Shown here: piece after piece, positions 9,857 to 20,636 of the stretch
Position numbering within the stretch: the first letter of the stretch is position 1
Layout: the number at the start of each line of letters is the position of its first letter
Assembly (NCBI GenBank): GCA_963770895.1
Contig: CAVYRF010000002.1
Coordinates: 384,001 to 448,000, forward strand
DNA from: an uncultured Acidobacteriota bacterium
GTDB taxonomy: Bacteria; Acidobacteriota; Thermoanaerobaculia; Multivoradales; UBA5704
DNA length: 64,000 nucleotides
Direction of reading: 5' to 3'
The notes under the pieces: model-generated
The model's database searches: none
What the model saw: the letters and a program-made list of their open reading frames with translations, nothing else
What the model was told of the DNA's origin: nothing
Translations under genes and position numbers: made by a program

Positions 9857-11770
9857 TTACTTCGCTGCAAGAACCTTCCGGCACCAGGCCTGGAGAAGCG
9901 TCCGCCGGCTGCTCGATAGATCGCGGGTGCGCGGCATGTAGTGGCTCGACATCCAGTTGGCCGGCGCCGGGCTGGTGGCGTCCAGGATGGCCTGCGCGTG
10001 CTCGGTGACCGCGGCCTCCTTGTTGAGCAAGAAGACCTGGTTCATCGCCGGATAGAGCAGGTAGTAGGTCCGCAGCACCTTCTGGTAGACCACGTCGAAC
10101 GTCAGCTGGGCGTTGCCCACCGGCTCCGGGTCGGCCGGGTCCACGTAGTAGCGGGAGAAGTCCTCGCCGTTGGGCAGCAGGCGCAGGCTGATCTGCGGCC
10201 GGTTGGTAATGAACGGCGGGAACATGAACGTGCCGTAGCTGGCCGGCGGCGGGGCCTGGCCGTCGACGGTGAAGGTGAGCAGGAAGTTTCCCGGCTGGTC
10301 GGTCGCGATCGGGATCGGCTGGCCCGGCTTGTAGCCGGTGGCGATCGCCACCGCATTGCCGGGGGCCTGGAGCGGCACGGACGCGTACCACCAGACCGTG
10401 AGCGGCGGGCACGTGCCGGCCGCGAGCTGCTGGCCCTGGCGAAAGACCACGACGCTCGCCGGCTCCGCGCTCCCATTGTTCACCAGCTCGGTTCCAGAGC
10501 CGCCCTGCTCACCGTAGATCGCCTGCTGGTTGCTGACGATGTAGTAGTCGGTCTCCGCCAGAACGACGACGGACGCCGCATGGCGGAGCTGGAACGTGCC
10601 GCCGCCCTTGGAAGCCAGGATCTGCTGCGCCGCCGCATTCGCCGAGATGTTGAAGTCGAACAGCCAGCCGCCCTGGTTCCCCGCGTCCGTATCCGCGTAG
10701 CTCACCGGTCCCACCGTGGCGCTAGCGCTCCCGTTGGTGACCACCAGGGAGACCGGTCCGAAGTCGTACTTGGGGTTGACGCCCGCCTGGAAGTAGTCCG
10801 GGAACGTGCCGGAGAAATCGGCGGAGATGCGGTCGCCCTCCACCGCGAGCACCGCCGGCGCCAGGGCGATCAAACCATTCTGGCCGTTGTTCTGCGAGCC
10901 CGAGGGGGTGGCGATCGACGGCGTGTCGGCCACCATCAGCCGGCCCACCGGCCCGGTGAAGATGGTTTCGCTCTCATACAGGGGCGCCAGGGTGGCGACC
11001 AGCTGGATGACCGCGGAGTTGGGCGCCTGTTTTTCGTAAAGGGCCTCGATCTTCGTGTTGCCCACGACCGTCTGCGTCGACTGGAAGAGGTAGTAACGCA
11101 GGATGACGCCGACGATCCGCGGATCGTCGAAACCTGGAATGTCGATCACGACGCCCGAGCCCTTGCGCAGCACGTGGTAGACATAGCCGGCAGCGCCCGC
11201 GTCCTGGGTCAAGTTGACGTTGCGATAGAAGTTGAGCCACTGACAGGAACCCTTGGACCCGCCGCCGCTGAGCCAGGTCCGGTCCCCCTGCGAGAGCTTC
11301 ACCGTGCTGAGGAAAAACTGCGTGGCGGGCGGCGAGCCTTCCGAGTTCACGTCCGTCATGGTGCCGGAGAAGCCCAGCGTCGCACCCAGCAGACCGGTGA
11401 CCGGAACTGCACTGTCCGGGCTGGTATGCACCTGCTCCGGCGCCGTCGTCACCCCGACCACGCTGGCCGAGGTCAAGTTCATGCTCATGCCCCCGTAGTA
11501 GTTCCACTCCGCAGGGATGATCTGCGTCTGCCCACCCTGGGCGTCGAACGTCTGCGCCTTCTGCACCCAGGCGATGAAATCCGCATCGGACATGCCATAG
11601 GTCCGAGCCTCGACCAGCTTCGAATCGATCAGCGCCAGCGTCTGCCCGGCATAAGGCCCATAGCTATCAGGCAGCGTGACGGCACCCGCATAGTCATCGT
11701 TGTTCGCCGTGCCAGGGCTCACCGTCAGCACGCCAGTCACATTGATCCGAGGGAAGTCAAACAGGCTCAT
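9857..11770 (-). CDS. VioB/RebD/StaD-like N-terminal-region protein lacking the ferritin-like domain
   Basis: MSLFDFPRI..G....PGTANND start and YYLLYPAM...HYMPRTRDLS end resemble VioB motifs as I recall them; 637 aa versus about 1000 aa for VioB. Confidence 0.6.
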   Translation of the reverse strand: MSLFDFPRINVTGVLTVSPGTANNDDYAGAVTLPDSYGPYAGQTLALIDSKLVEARTYGMSDADFIAWVQKAQTFDAQGGQTQIIPAEWNYYGGMSMNLTSASVVGVTTAPEQVHTSPDSAVPVTGLLGATLGFSGTMTDVNSEGSPPATQFFLSTVKLSQGDRTWLSGGGSKGSCQWLNFYRNVNLTQDAGAAGYVYHVLRKGSGVVIDIPGFDDPRIVGVILRYYLFQSTQTVVGNTKIEALYEKQAPNSAVIQLVATLAPLYESETIFTGPVGRLMVADTPSIATPSGSQNNGQNGLIALAPAVLAVEGDRISADFSGTFPDYFQAGVNPKYDFGPVSLVVTNGSASATVGPVSYADTDAGNQGGWLFDFNISANAAAQQILASKGGGTFQLRHAASVVVLAETDYYIVSNQQAIYGEQGGSGTELVNNGSAEPASVVVFRQGQQLAAGTCPPLTVWWYASVPLQAPGNAVAIATGYKPGQPIPIATDQPGNFLLTFTVDGQAPPPASYGTFMFPPFITNRPQISLRLLPNGEDFSRYYVDPADPEPVGNAQLTFDVVYQKVLRTYYLLYPAMNQVFLLNKEAAVTEHAQAILDATSPAPANWMSSHYMPRTRDLSSSRRTLLQAWCRKVLAAK

Positions 11771-11890
11771 CGCTCCTCCTCCCAGGCAGCATCACAGCCC
11801 TACCGTAACTGCCAATTCATGAATTCGCATCATGCCACGGGGTGGTATACGGGTCAAGGTCCCGGTTTCGCATCTCGCCAGGTGCGGCGC

Positions 11891-12358
11891 TTACTCCGCC
11901 GCACGCAGAAACTCGAAGAACCTCTCGATCTGGCCTCGATAGAGGGGTTCAAGGCGTTGCGCCGCAGCGACGACAAGACCCAACCGCGCCGCGTCCAAGC
12001 GCGCGCTGTAGGCAGAGCGAAACAGGTGCCGAAATCGCAGCAGCTCCTCGAGCGCTGCGAACGCCGCATCGTCGATCACCGCCGGCCGCACAGGACTGAG
12101 ATCCAGCCGCATTCTTTCCAGCAGCTGCCGGTGCCAACCCGCGCGGTCGTCAAGGGAGTTCTCGAAAGCGATGGCGACATTGCGGAAGATGTTCTCGAAC
12201 GCCGTGTAGAGGTTATGCAGACGGTAGGCCGCAACGATCAGCGCCTCGTCGGAGGGAGCGCTGCCGAGCACATCGGCTCCCAGCGCCGCATAGAGGTCGT
12301 CGACGGTCGCCAGATCCTTGCGGACGCTAGCTTCGAGGAGGATCATTCCGTCGCGCAT
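11891..12358 (-). CDS. HepT-like HEPN ribonuclease toxin
   Basis: LHNLYTAFENIF, WHRQLL, LRFRHLFRSAY; overlaps the upstream MNT gene; start ATG 12358. Confidence 0.8.
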   Translation of the reverse strand: MRDGMILLEASVRKDLATVDDLYAALGADVLGSAPSDEALIVAAYRLHNLYTAFENIFRNVAIAFENSLDDRAGWHRQLLERMRLDLSPVRPAVIDDAAFAALEELLRFRHLFRSAYSARLDAARLGLVVAAAQRLEPLYRGQIERFFEFLRAAE

Positions 12359-12710
12359 AGCAGAGCTCTCCGTAGGCAGAAACCGCTTCGGCCACAGCCC
12401 CCAGAAGCGGGCGCAGATCGACATTGCGCAGCAGCGCCCGCTCCAAGTCCCGCCATAACGGCGTCTCGGACGCAATGTCGTCGCTGTCCACCGCAAGATC
12501 GATATCGGAATGGGGACTGAACCGGCCAGCCTGGACAATGGAACCGAAAACATAGATTCGCCGAATCGGCGGATACCCCGCCGCGTAGCGAGGCACGACC
12601 TCCCGCACCAGCGCCAGCGCCTCCAACCGCTGCCGTTCGCGCAGCTCCTGCCTCTCGGCCTCACGCCGAAGGTGGAACTCTCGAAAAGCCTCCTGAGCCG
12701 GGGTTGCCAC
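12327..12710 (-). CDS. Minimal nucleotidyltransferase (MNT) antitoxin
   Basis: IYVFGSI...SDIDLAV (GS...DxD) and VDL; start uncertain (GTG 12710 or ATG 12743). Confidence 0.8.
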   Translation of the reverse strand: MATPAQEAFREFHLRREAERQELRERQRLEALALVREVVPRYAAGYPPIRRIYVFGSIVQAGRFSPHSDIDLAVDSDDIASETPLWRDLERALLRNVDLRPLLGAVAEAVSAYGELCYARRNDPPRS

Positions 12711-13038
12711 GGAATAGGAGTCTATCTCACAGTCGCCCACCATCCGAGCCCGGCAACTGCCGCCTCCCTCAGCGGTTGCCTCACCTCCAGCGAGGCCCGA
12801 CCACATGGAACAAAGAGGCCGGGAAGGAGCCCGGGAGTTACTTTCGGCACGCACGTCTGCTAGACCCCGCTGGCTCACGTCCATGAGTACCGGTCCCATG
12901 CGACAACATGATCGACCTACGTTGAAGACAGTGCCCCTTCGCCCCGGATGTCACGAAGCGAATCCGGCAGAAGATCCGCCAGGCGCCCCGCGCAAGGGCG
13001 ACGAAGACGATTCCCAGCCGCTGCGTTTCGGCCCGCGA

Positions 13039-16000
13039 GTTTCAATCCACGCCCCCCGCAGGAGGCGACGGCCGGCAGTGGCGCCACTACGTCCACGGCA
13101 AAGTTTCAATCCACGCCCCCGCACAGGGGGCGACCACGCCGGTGGATTCCGGTCGCGCTCGCGCCAGTTGGTTTCAATCGACGCCCCCCGCGCAGGGGGC
13201 GACGCCTTGAGGCGCGACCATGCGTCGGTCGTGTCCTGTTTCAAGCCACGCCCCCGCGCAGGGGGCGACCACCCAGGCGCGCCGAATGTTCCGCCGGTGA
13301 CAAAGTTTCAAGCCACGCCCCCGCGCAGGGGGCGACCCGCTGTTCACCAAGATTGGCTGTCCCGGCGAGAGTTTCAATCCACGCCCCCGCGCAGGGGGCG
13401 ACGAGGCGATCGACTGCCCTACGTGCGACGGCAGCGGGTTTCAATCCACGCCCCCGCGCAGGGGGCGACTCGAGGTGCGCCGGGTCGGCGAACACGTTGA
13501 ACTTGTTTCAATCCACGCCGCCGCGCAGGGGGCGACTCGACGTAGCGCAACGAAAGGAGATAGATCATGAGTTTCAATCCACGCCCCCGCGCAGGGGGCG
13601 ACAGTCTCTTGAGCAGGCACTGACTGCGCTTCGCGAGTTTCAATCCACGCCCCCGCGCAGGGGGCGACCTGTGTTGAGGGTGGATAGGCCAGCATTGGCT
13701 AGTTTCAATCCACGCCCCCGCGCAGGGGGCGACAAGCATTTTCTGCCACTGCTGTAGTGTCACCACTGTTTCAATCCACGCCCCCGCGCAGGGGGCGACG
13801 CGCGCAGCACCTTGCGCTTGCGGGCGAACAGACTGTTTCACTCCACGCCCCCGCGCAGGGGGCGACGAAAGTCCGTCCAAGTCCTCAGTCGCGACGATCG
13901 GGTTTCAATCCACGCCCCCGCGCAGGGGGCGACGCGCACCTTCGCCCCGGAGGTGGAGGCGATAAGGCGTTTCAATCCACGCCCCCGCGCAAGGGGGCGA
14001 CCCCATGAGCCCGAAGGGTTTGATAGGCCCAACAAGTTTCAATCCACGCCCCCGCGCAGGGGGCGACAGTGGCCGGAGGTGGGCTGCTGGGACAGCGAGT
14101 GTTTCAATCCACGCCCCCGCGCAGGGGGCGACTACCGGGCGGCTCCGCTGAGAACGGCAGTTGCGGGTTTCAATCCACGCCCCCGCGCAGGGGGCGACTT
14201 GCCGGCGGACTCGTTGATCGAGGCGCCCTGCTGTTTCAATCCACGCCCCCGCGCAGGGGGCGACTCGCTGGATGCCGGCGGGATCTCGATGGTCACCGGT
14301 TTCAATCCACGCCCCCGCGCAGGGGGCGACGCGAGATCTTCGCGGCCACCCGCGAGGCGTTTTTGTTTCAATCCACGCCCCCGCGCAGGGGGCGACAGAG
14401 TGCTCGTGCCCGATCTTCCAAGCTCATCTCGTTTCAATCCACGCCCCCGCGCAGGGGGCGACAAGTATTCAATGCGTCGATCCGCCGAGCGAAAGAGTTT
14501 CAATCCACGCCCCCGCGCAGGGGGCGACGGCGAAAACACAACTCCTTTTTCGGCATACCCCAGGTTTCAATCCACGCCCCCGCGCAGGGGGCGACCCGAT
14601 CCGCTCTCTACTATCGTCGTCGGTCTTCTGTTTCAATCCACGCCCCCGCGCAGGGGGCGACGCGGACGCCGAAAGCGACACGGACGCGGCCACAAAGTTT
14701 CAATCCACGCCCCCGCGCAGGGGGCGACGTCAGGTGTTGATTCTGCAGGCAACGCTCCCGAAGTTTCAATCCACGCCCCCGCGCAGGGGGCGACCAGCAT
14801 CATCGTGATGATGGATGCCGTTATCAAGTTTCAATCCACGCCCCCGCGCAGGGGGCGACGCGATGCAGGCCGCGCAGAAGACCGGCAGCCTGATGTTTCA
14901 ATCCACGCCCCCGCGCAGGGGGCGACTCCGATTCCACGTGCCCTGTTCCTTTACGACCTTGTTTCAATCCACGCCCCCGCGCAGGGGGCGACATCCATGG
15001 GAAGCGGGGACGAAGTGGCAGATCCAGTTTCAATCCACGCCCCCGCGCAGGGGGCGACCGGACCCAGCCGTGACCACCTCCGGCCAGGAACTGGTTTCAA
15101 TCCACGCCCCCGCGCAGGGGGCGACAGGATTGCCCACGCGATGTGCGCGGCGTTCAGGAAGTTTCAATCCACGCCCCCGCGCAGGGGGCGACCTAGCCGG
15201 TAGCATTTCTCATTCGCGCTGTAAGGGTTTCAATCCACGCCCCCGCGCAGGGGGCGACGTTATCAGCGACCGCCTTGAGCCGATCGGCCGTCAGTTTCAA
15301 TCCACGCCCCCGCGCAGGGGGCGACATTTTCATTGGGCACCTCCAAGCAGGAGTGACCAGTTTCAATCCACGCCCCCGCGCAGGGGGCGACCAAAGACAT
15401 CGGGGAGGGTCCGGTAGAGGTGCGAGTTTCAATCCACGCCCCCGCGCAGGGGGCGACGGTGTGTTGCTCCTGTGTCTGTGCTGCCTGGTTGGTTTCAATC
15501 CACGCCCCCGCGCAGGGGGCGACTGACGCCAGTCCCTTCGATCAATCCTTGGTAGAAGTTTCAATCCACGCCCCCGCGCAGGGGGCGACGCGGTGTCGAC
15601 GCCGTTCCACTTCACCCCGTTGTTGTTTCAATCCACGCCCCCGCGCAGGGGGCGACCCAGGTGGTGGCGGCTGTGGACCTAAAGAGAAAAGTTTCAATCC
15701 ACGCCCCCGCGCAGGGGGCGACTCGTGCAGGGTGCTGGTCATAGCGCGGATCTCCCGGTTTCAATCCACGCCCCCGCGCAGGGGGCGACTGCTGGCGCAG
15801 CGCATTTTGCTGTACGTCGAGGAGTTTCAATCCACGCCCCCGCGCAGGGGGCGACCTTACCGTCACGCCGTCTCTAGAGCTTATTACGAGTTTCAATCCA
15901 CGCCCCCGCGCAGGGGGCGACCCCGACGGCTACGCAGTGACGCAGACAGACATGGTTTCAATCCACGCCCCCGCGCAGGGGGCGACGCTGGCGAGCGCCC

Positions 16001-17452
16001 CCTGGACGGTGGCATACGATCCGTTTCAATCCACGCCCCCGCGCAGGGGGCGACCTTATTGGCCTCGCTCGGATTCGCAAGCGTGTTGAGTTTCAATCCA
16101 CGCCCCCGCGCAGGGGGCGACGCCTGATTTTATGCAAGGCACCCTCAGCGCCACGGGTTTCAATCCACGCCCCCGCGCAGGGGGCGACCTTCGCCCACCG
16201 GGCCATTGGGTCGTGAAGCATAAGTTTCAATCCACGCCCCCGCGCAGGGGGCGACGGTAGCTAGAGCCAACGCCGATACCGGAGACAGGTTTCAATCCAC
16301 GCCCCCGCGCAGGGGGCGACCTGGAACCCGATCGCCAAACGCGGCGGCTGGTACGGGTTTCAATCCACGCCCCCGCGCAGGGGGCGACCGTAGCCCGTAC
16401 ACCACTCCTTCGTGAAGCTGTCGTTTCAATCCACGCCCCCGCGCAGGGGGCGACACCAACGTCGGCTGCACCATGCTGGTGAAGGACATGTTTCAATCCA
16501 CGCCCCCGCGCAGGGGGCGACATCGGTCTGGGTGTCGGAGATGACCTCCGCGACCTGGTTTCAATCCACGCCCCCGCGCAGGGGGCGACTTTCGAGCGTC
16601 GCAAATCTCACCTCTTCCCCGATGTTTCAATCCACGCCCCCGCGCAGGGGGCGACCAGGCACCAGGTACCCGAGTCTTAGCAAGCTCGAATGGTTTCAAT
16701 CCACGCCCCCGCGCAGGGGGCGACGCTGCCGAATCGAGGTGATCTAACCATGTCTCTTGTTTCAATCCACGCCCCCGCGCAGGGGGCGACCCCCGGTCAG
16801 CACACAGGGGAAACACGAATGGATGTTTCAATCCACGCCCCCGCGCAGGGGGCGACTTGTAGCCCCCGTTGACGCGGTGCGTAATCTCGCGTTTCAATCC
16901 ACGCCCCCGCGCAGGGGGCGACACGGGGCTGCTCCAGGGGCTCGCCGGCACCACGAGTTTCAATCCACGCCCCCGCGCAGGGGGCGACATGGCCGGCCTA
17001 GATGTGCTGACGAAGACGATGCAGTTTCAATCCACGCCCCCGCGCAGGGGGCGACTACCGGCAACGCGATGGGCGCGAAGCCGGCAAAGTTTCAATCCAC
17101 GCCCCCGCGCAGGGGGCGACCACACTCGGAGACTGAGTGTGTTCCCGTCTACTCGTTTCAATCCACGCCCCCGCGCAGGGGGCGACCGGCTTCGGAATAA
17201 TAGCCACTGCCGGGAACCCAGTTTCAATCCACGCCCCCGCGCAGGGGGCGACTTCGCCGAGCAGATCATCGATCAAAAGCTCCTGGTTTCAATCCACGCC
17301 CCCGCGCAGGGGGCGACTTGACGTTGACGACACCGAGGGTATCGAGCGACTTGTTTCAATCCACGCCCCCGCGCAGGGGGCGACCGAATGATCAATGACG
17401 TACGCGCCGGCCGCATGGTTGTTTCAATCCACGCCCCCGCGCAGGGGGCGAC
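13039..17452 (-). CRISPR. CRISPR array 1, type I-C repeat GTCGCCCCCTGCGCGGGGGCGTGGATTGAAAC, about 67 repeats
   Basis: 32-bp repeats at about 66-bp period with unique spacers; degenerate repeats at the low-coordinate end (a further relic near 12973-13003). Confidence 0.99.
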
Positions 17453-17645
17453 TGCGGCTCCTGAAGTATCTGATTCTTAAGGAACCAAAGTCCAGAATCC
17501 GCGAACCTACCCCCGGGTGCCCCGGATGGTCGGGCCGCACGCCTCGCAAAGATGCGCAAAGCTTTCGTGCCCAGCGCGTAAGAGGCTCCGCGAACCTCTG
17601 CTGGAGGGAGTTGCTTGCTAGGGGTTCGCGGGCAACCCGCTTCCG
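17453..17645 (-). promoter_or_regulatory. CRISPR leader of array 1
   Basis: Non-coding gap between cas2 and the first perfect repeat; CGCGAACC twice and inverted GGTTCGCG; homologous to 31564-31745. Confidence 0.85.
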
Positions 17646-17936
17646 TCAGGCGATCAGCGGGCCATCGAGGTCCAGGACCGTCTTGATGCCATGATGTTCC
17701 TTGCGACCCTTCCAGTTGGCGCCCAGGAAGTAGAAGCGCAGGCTGTCCTCGGTCTCGTCAAATTCCCTCAGCAGCCTCAGGCGTAGCTGGGTCCATTGCG
17801 TGGGATCGACCAGACACTCAAAGACCGAATTCTGGACGCGCTGGCCGTAATCAAGGCAACACTTGGCGACGCGCCGGAGACGGCGGCGTCCGGCGAGTGT
17901 AGTCGTGGAGACGTCGTAGCTGACCAGAACGAGCAT
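17646..17936 (-). CDS. cas2: CRISPR-associated endonuclease Cas2
   Basis: LVSYDVS...RRLRRVAKCCLDYGQRVQNSVFEC...DSLRFY. Confidence 0.97.
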   Translation of the reverse strand: MLVLVSYDVSTTTLAGRRRLRRVAKCCLDYGQRVQNSVFECLVDPTQWTQLRLRLLREFDETEDSLRFYFLGANWKGRKEHHGIKTVLDLDGPLIA

Positions 17937-17942
17937 GGCGCT

Positions 17943-18974
17943 CTACTTCCAGAGGAACGAAGGATAACCGTCGAGGTCGCCGCGCAATGTTCGCGCGAGG
18001 AGAGCGGCTTGCAGGTGCGGCAGCAGGCCGAGAGTCGTCTTTTCCCCCAGGAAGGGATGCACGATCTCTTCGTTCTTTCGCTTCTGATATGCCACGAGAA
18101 CGGCCTTGCGGGTGTCGCTGTCCATGGCGACCCCTCCCGATTCTCCCTGGCGGAAGCCGGCGGGACGGACCTGGTTGAGATTGACCAGCGATAGTGCCAG
18201 ACGGTCCGCCAGATAGGCGCGCATCTCTTCCATGAGATCGAGCGCAAGGCCTGGCCGGCCCGGCCTGTCGCGATGGAGAAACCCGACAGCAGGATCGAGC
18301 CCAACGGCTTCGAGCGCGGCCGTGAAGTCGTGCCGCAGCAGTGTGTAGATGAACGAGAGAAGAGCGTTCATGTTATCGAGAGGAGGTCGCCGGCTCCGGT
18401 CGTGGAGAAAGAACGAGTCCTTCTGCTGGACCAAGAGAACGTCGAAGGCCTCGAAATAGGCGCGAGCCGCACTTCCCTCAAGACCACGCAGACCGTCTAC
18501 CGTCAGGTCGGGCGTGAGAGATCGCAGGTGCTGAGCCAGCCTGCTTGCGGCGCTCCGCAGAGCGTCAGCACCTGGATGCTCCGGCCGGTCGCGGAGAGCT
18601 CGCAGGAGAACGGTGCGGCTGTTGGCTAGCTTTGCAGCAAGGATGGCGCGGACGATGGCAGCGGAGCCTACCGGATCGTCGGCGCGGCGATACTGTTCGC
18701 GCCGCAGCAGCACGTTACCGGACACGGGACCCTGGAGACGAGCGAGGAATCTGCCGCTCTCGGTGAGGAACGAGACGGTGACGCCGCGCTCACCGCAGAG
18801 CCCAAGAAGATATGGACTGAAACCGATCTGCCCGAAGCAGACGATGCCGCCCAGAGTGTGGATCGGCACCCGCATGCGAGTCTCCTGGTCGACCCGCACC
18901 GCGACCGCCTCGCCGTCCTTCGCCAGGTAAGCCCCGGCCGTGGTCACAAAGAGTGTGTTCTGATGTCTCCTCAC
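17943..18974 (-). CDS. cas1: Type I-C Cas1
   Basis: NTLFVT, GNVLLRREQY, LRGLEG, RRPPLDNMNALLSF, GFLHRDRPGRPGLALDLMEE; GTG start overlaps the cas4 stop. Confidence 0.97.
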   Translation of the reverse strand: MRRHQNTLFVTTAGAYLAKDGEAVAVRVDQETRMRVPIHTLGGIVCFGQIGFSPYLLGLCGERGVTVSFLTESGRFLARLQGPVSGNVLLRREQYRRADDPVGSAAIVRAILAAKLANSRTVLLRALRDRPEHPGADALRSAASRLAQHLRSLTPDLTVDGLRGLEGSAARAYFEAFDVLLVQQKDSFFLHDRSRRPPLDNMNALLSFIYTLLRHDFTAALEAVGLDPAVGFLHRDRPGRPGLALDLMEEMRAYLADRLALSLVNLNQVRPAGFRQGESGGVAMDSDTRKAVLVAYQKRKNEEIVHPFLGEKTTLGLLPHLQAALLARTLRGDLDGYPSFLWK

Positions 18975-19681
18975 GGAGCGACTCCTTCGTCTTGCCCCTC
19001 TGGAGATGCCGCGATCTGCCGGAGGAAGCGTGCGAGGTAGCGCTGGGCGGAGCTGGCCGGTGCCCCCGGAAGGCAGACGTCGAGCAACGAACAGCGATCG
19101 CACTTCGGCTCGCGGACAGGCATGGGAGTGATACCGCGCCCTACAAGCTCGTGAAAACGTGCCGCCGCGGCTTCGGTGAGCTGGCGAAGACCGTGGTCGA
19201 AGAGCACGTCCATTCGTCGGCGCGGCTGACCGTAGAACAGGGCGCCCGCTGGAACCTCAATCGCCAGCATCTCCTCCAAACAGATTCCTTGGGCGCAGAG
19301 CTGAACCTCGTCGGCTCGGTGGGACTTGGGTCGGCCGCGCTTGTACTCGATCGGGAATGGTCGCCAGAGTCCCTGCAGACCGGGGAGCGGGGCCGCGGCT
19401 TGGACTCCCCCTTCGCCGGGACCGAACCGCCGCAGTTCCACCACGTCGGCCTTGCCCGAAAGCCCGAGACGCGCGCTGCGGAGAGGGAGGCTGCGAACGA
19501 CCCGGAGATCGCCACGGGACTCGTCCGCTCCCCGGTCCGCGCGCTCGTGGAGGTGCGTTCCTTCCACCGTCAGGGCGTTGTCCACCCAAATCTGTTCGAG
19601 GTGGATCAGGGCAGCCTGCCGCTCGCAGAAGAGCAGGTGCTGCAGGCCGGAGAGCGGGAGCAAATCGTCTTCGGTGAACAC
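18971..19681 (-). CDS. cas4: Cas4 exonuclease
   Basis: LQHLLFCERQ, GKADVVE, PIEYKRG, QLCAQ, C-terminal CxxCS...C. Confidence 0.96.
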   Translation of the reverse strand: MFTEDDLLPLSGLQHLLFCERQAALIHLEQIWVDNALTVEGTHLHERADRGADESRGDLRVVRSLPLRSARLGLSGKADVVELRRFGPGEGGVQAAAPLPGLQGLWRPFPIEYKRGRPKSHRADEVQLCAQGICLEEMLAIEVPAGALFYGQPRRRMDVLFDHGLRQLTEAAAARFHELVGRGITPMPVREPKCDRCSLLDVCLPGAPASSAQRYLARFLRQIAASPEGQDEGVAP

Positions 19682-19685
19682 GTGC

Positions 19686-20636
19686 TTACCGCAACTCGAG
19701 CAGTGTCACTCCCACCGGCACACGGTCGCGATGGATGGTCACCGCGTAGTCGGCAAATGCGCGGGGCGCTTCGATTTCGGGCTTTTTCTTTACCTCAACG
19801 AGCTCGAACAGCTCGTGAGCCGGAGCGCAGCCAAGCATGGCCTGCCGGCGCCGCTGCGCAGTATCGGTGTCCGTGCCGTCGTGGCGGAAGACGACGAGCG
19901 GCCGGTGAACGCTCATCAGCCCCTTGCTCGCCGAGCGGTCGTGCTCATACATGTTGAGCAGGGCCTCCCAAAGCAGGGCTAGGTCGGCGTCGGAGAACCC
20001 GGTTTCCTGGGCCAGGTGCGCGCTGATGAAGCCGCGGCCCACGAACAGGCCGTAGGGGATGAGTGCCTTGCGGCCCATCGTGCGGAGCTTGTCCTCGGGC
20101 TGCTCGGCCTCCCAGCGGGCGATGTCCGCCGAAGAGCTCGCGCCCTTGACGTTCTCGGCCACCGCCATGCGAGTGATCGAAAGGTCCAGCGGCAGGACCG
20201 GGTCCACCGAACGGGCAAAGGGGATCTGCACCGGTCCGCGCACCTGGCCGGCGTTGGCGCCGGTGCTCATCACCGCGCCGAAAGCTCGCACGTCGAAAAA
20301 GTTCTGGCACATCCAATGCTTCGCCGCATCGACCCTGGCCTTGGAGGAGCCCTTCTTGTCCGCGGCGAGACCGCCTGTTTCCTCGTGAGCGCGGGCGATC
20401 GGGCGGTTGAGGTTCGTCGCGTGTTCGATGAAGATGGCATCGGGCATCTGATTTCCCCGCGCGATCTGCACATAGTTACGGATGCGACGCTTGATCGCCA
20501 CGTCGGACACCAGGCCGATCATCGTCTCCGGGTCGAGACGCGGGGCGTTGCCGGCGTCGGGATCGCCGTTGGGGTTACCGTTGACGCAGTCGAAAAGAAA
20601 GAGGAATTCGTAGCGATTTGCGATCGGCTCAGACAT
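19686..20636 (-). CDS. cas7c: Type I-C Cas7 (Csd2)
   Basis: [47 protein letters not shown]. Confidence 0.97.
   Translation of the reverse strand: MSEPIANRYEFLFLFDCVNGNPNGDPDAGNAPRLDPETMIGLVSDVAIKRRIRNYVQIARGNQMPDAIFIEHATNLNRPIARAHEETGGLAADKKGSSKARVDAAKHWMCQNFFDVRAFGAVMSTGANAGQVRGPVQIPFARSVDPVLPLDLSITRMAVAENVKGASSSADIARWEAEQPEDKLRTMGRKALIPYGLFVGRGFISAHLAQETGFSDADLALLWEALLNMYEHDRSASKGLMSVHRPLVVFRHDGTDTDTAQRRRQAMLGCAPAHELFELVEVKKKPEIEAPRAFADYAVTIHRDRVPVGVTLLELR

Noticed and set aside
9941-12520. Long antisense ORFs (also 32374-35127, 49849-52131, 36022-38055)
   Set aside because: Shadow frames of well-supported genes in high-GC DNA
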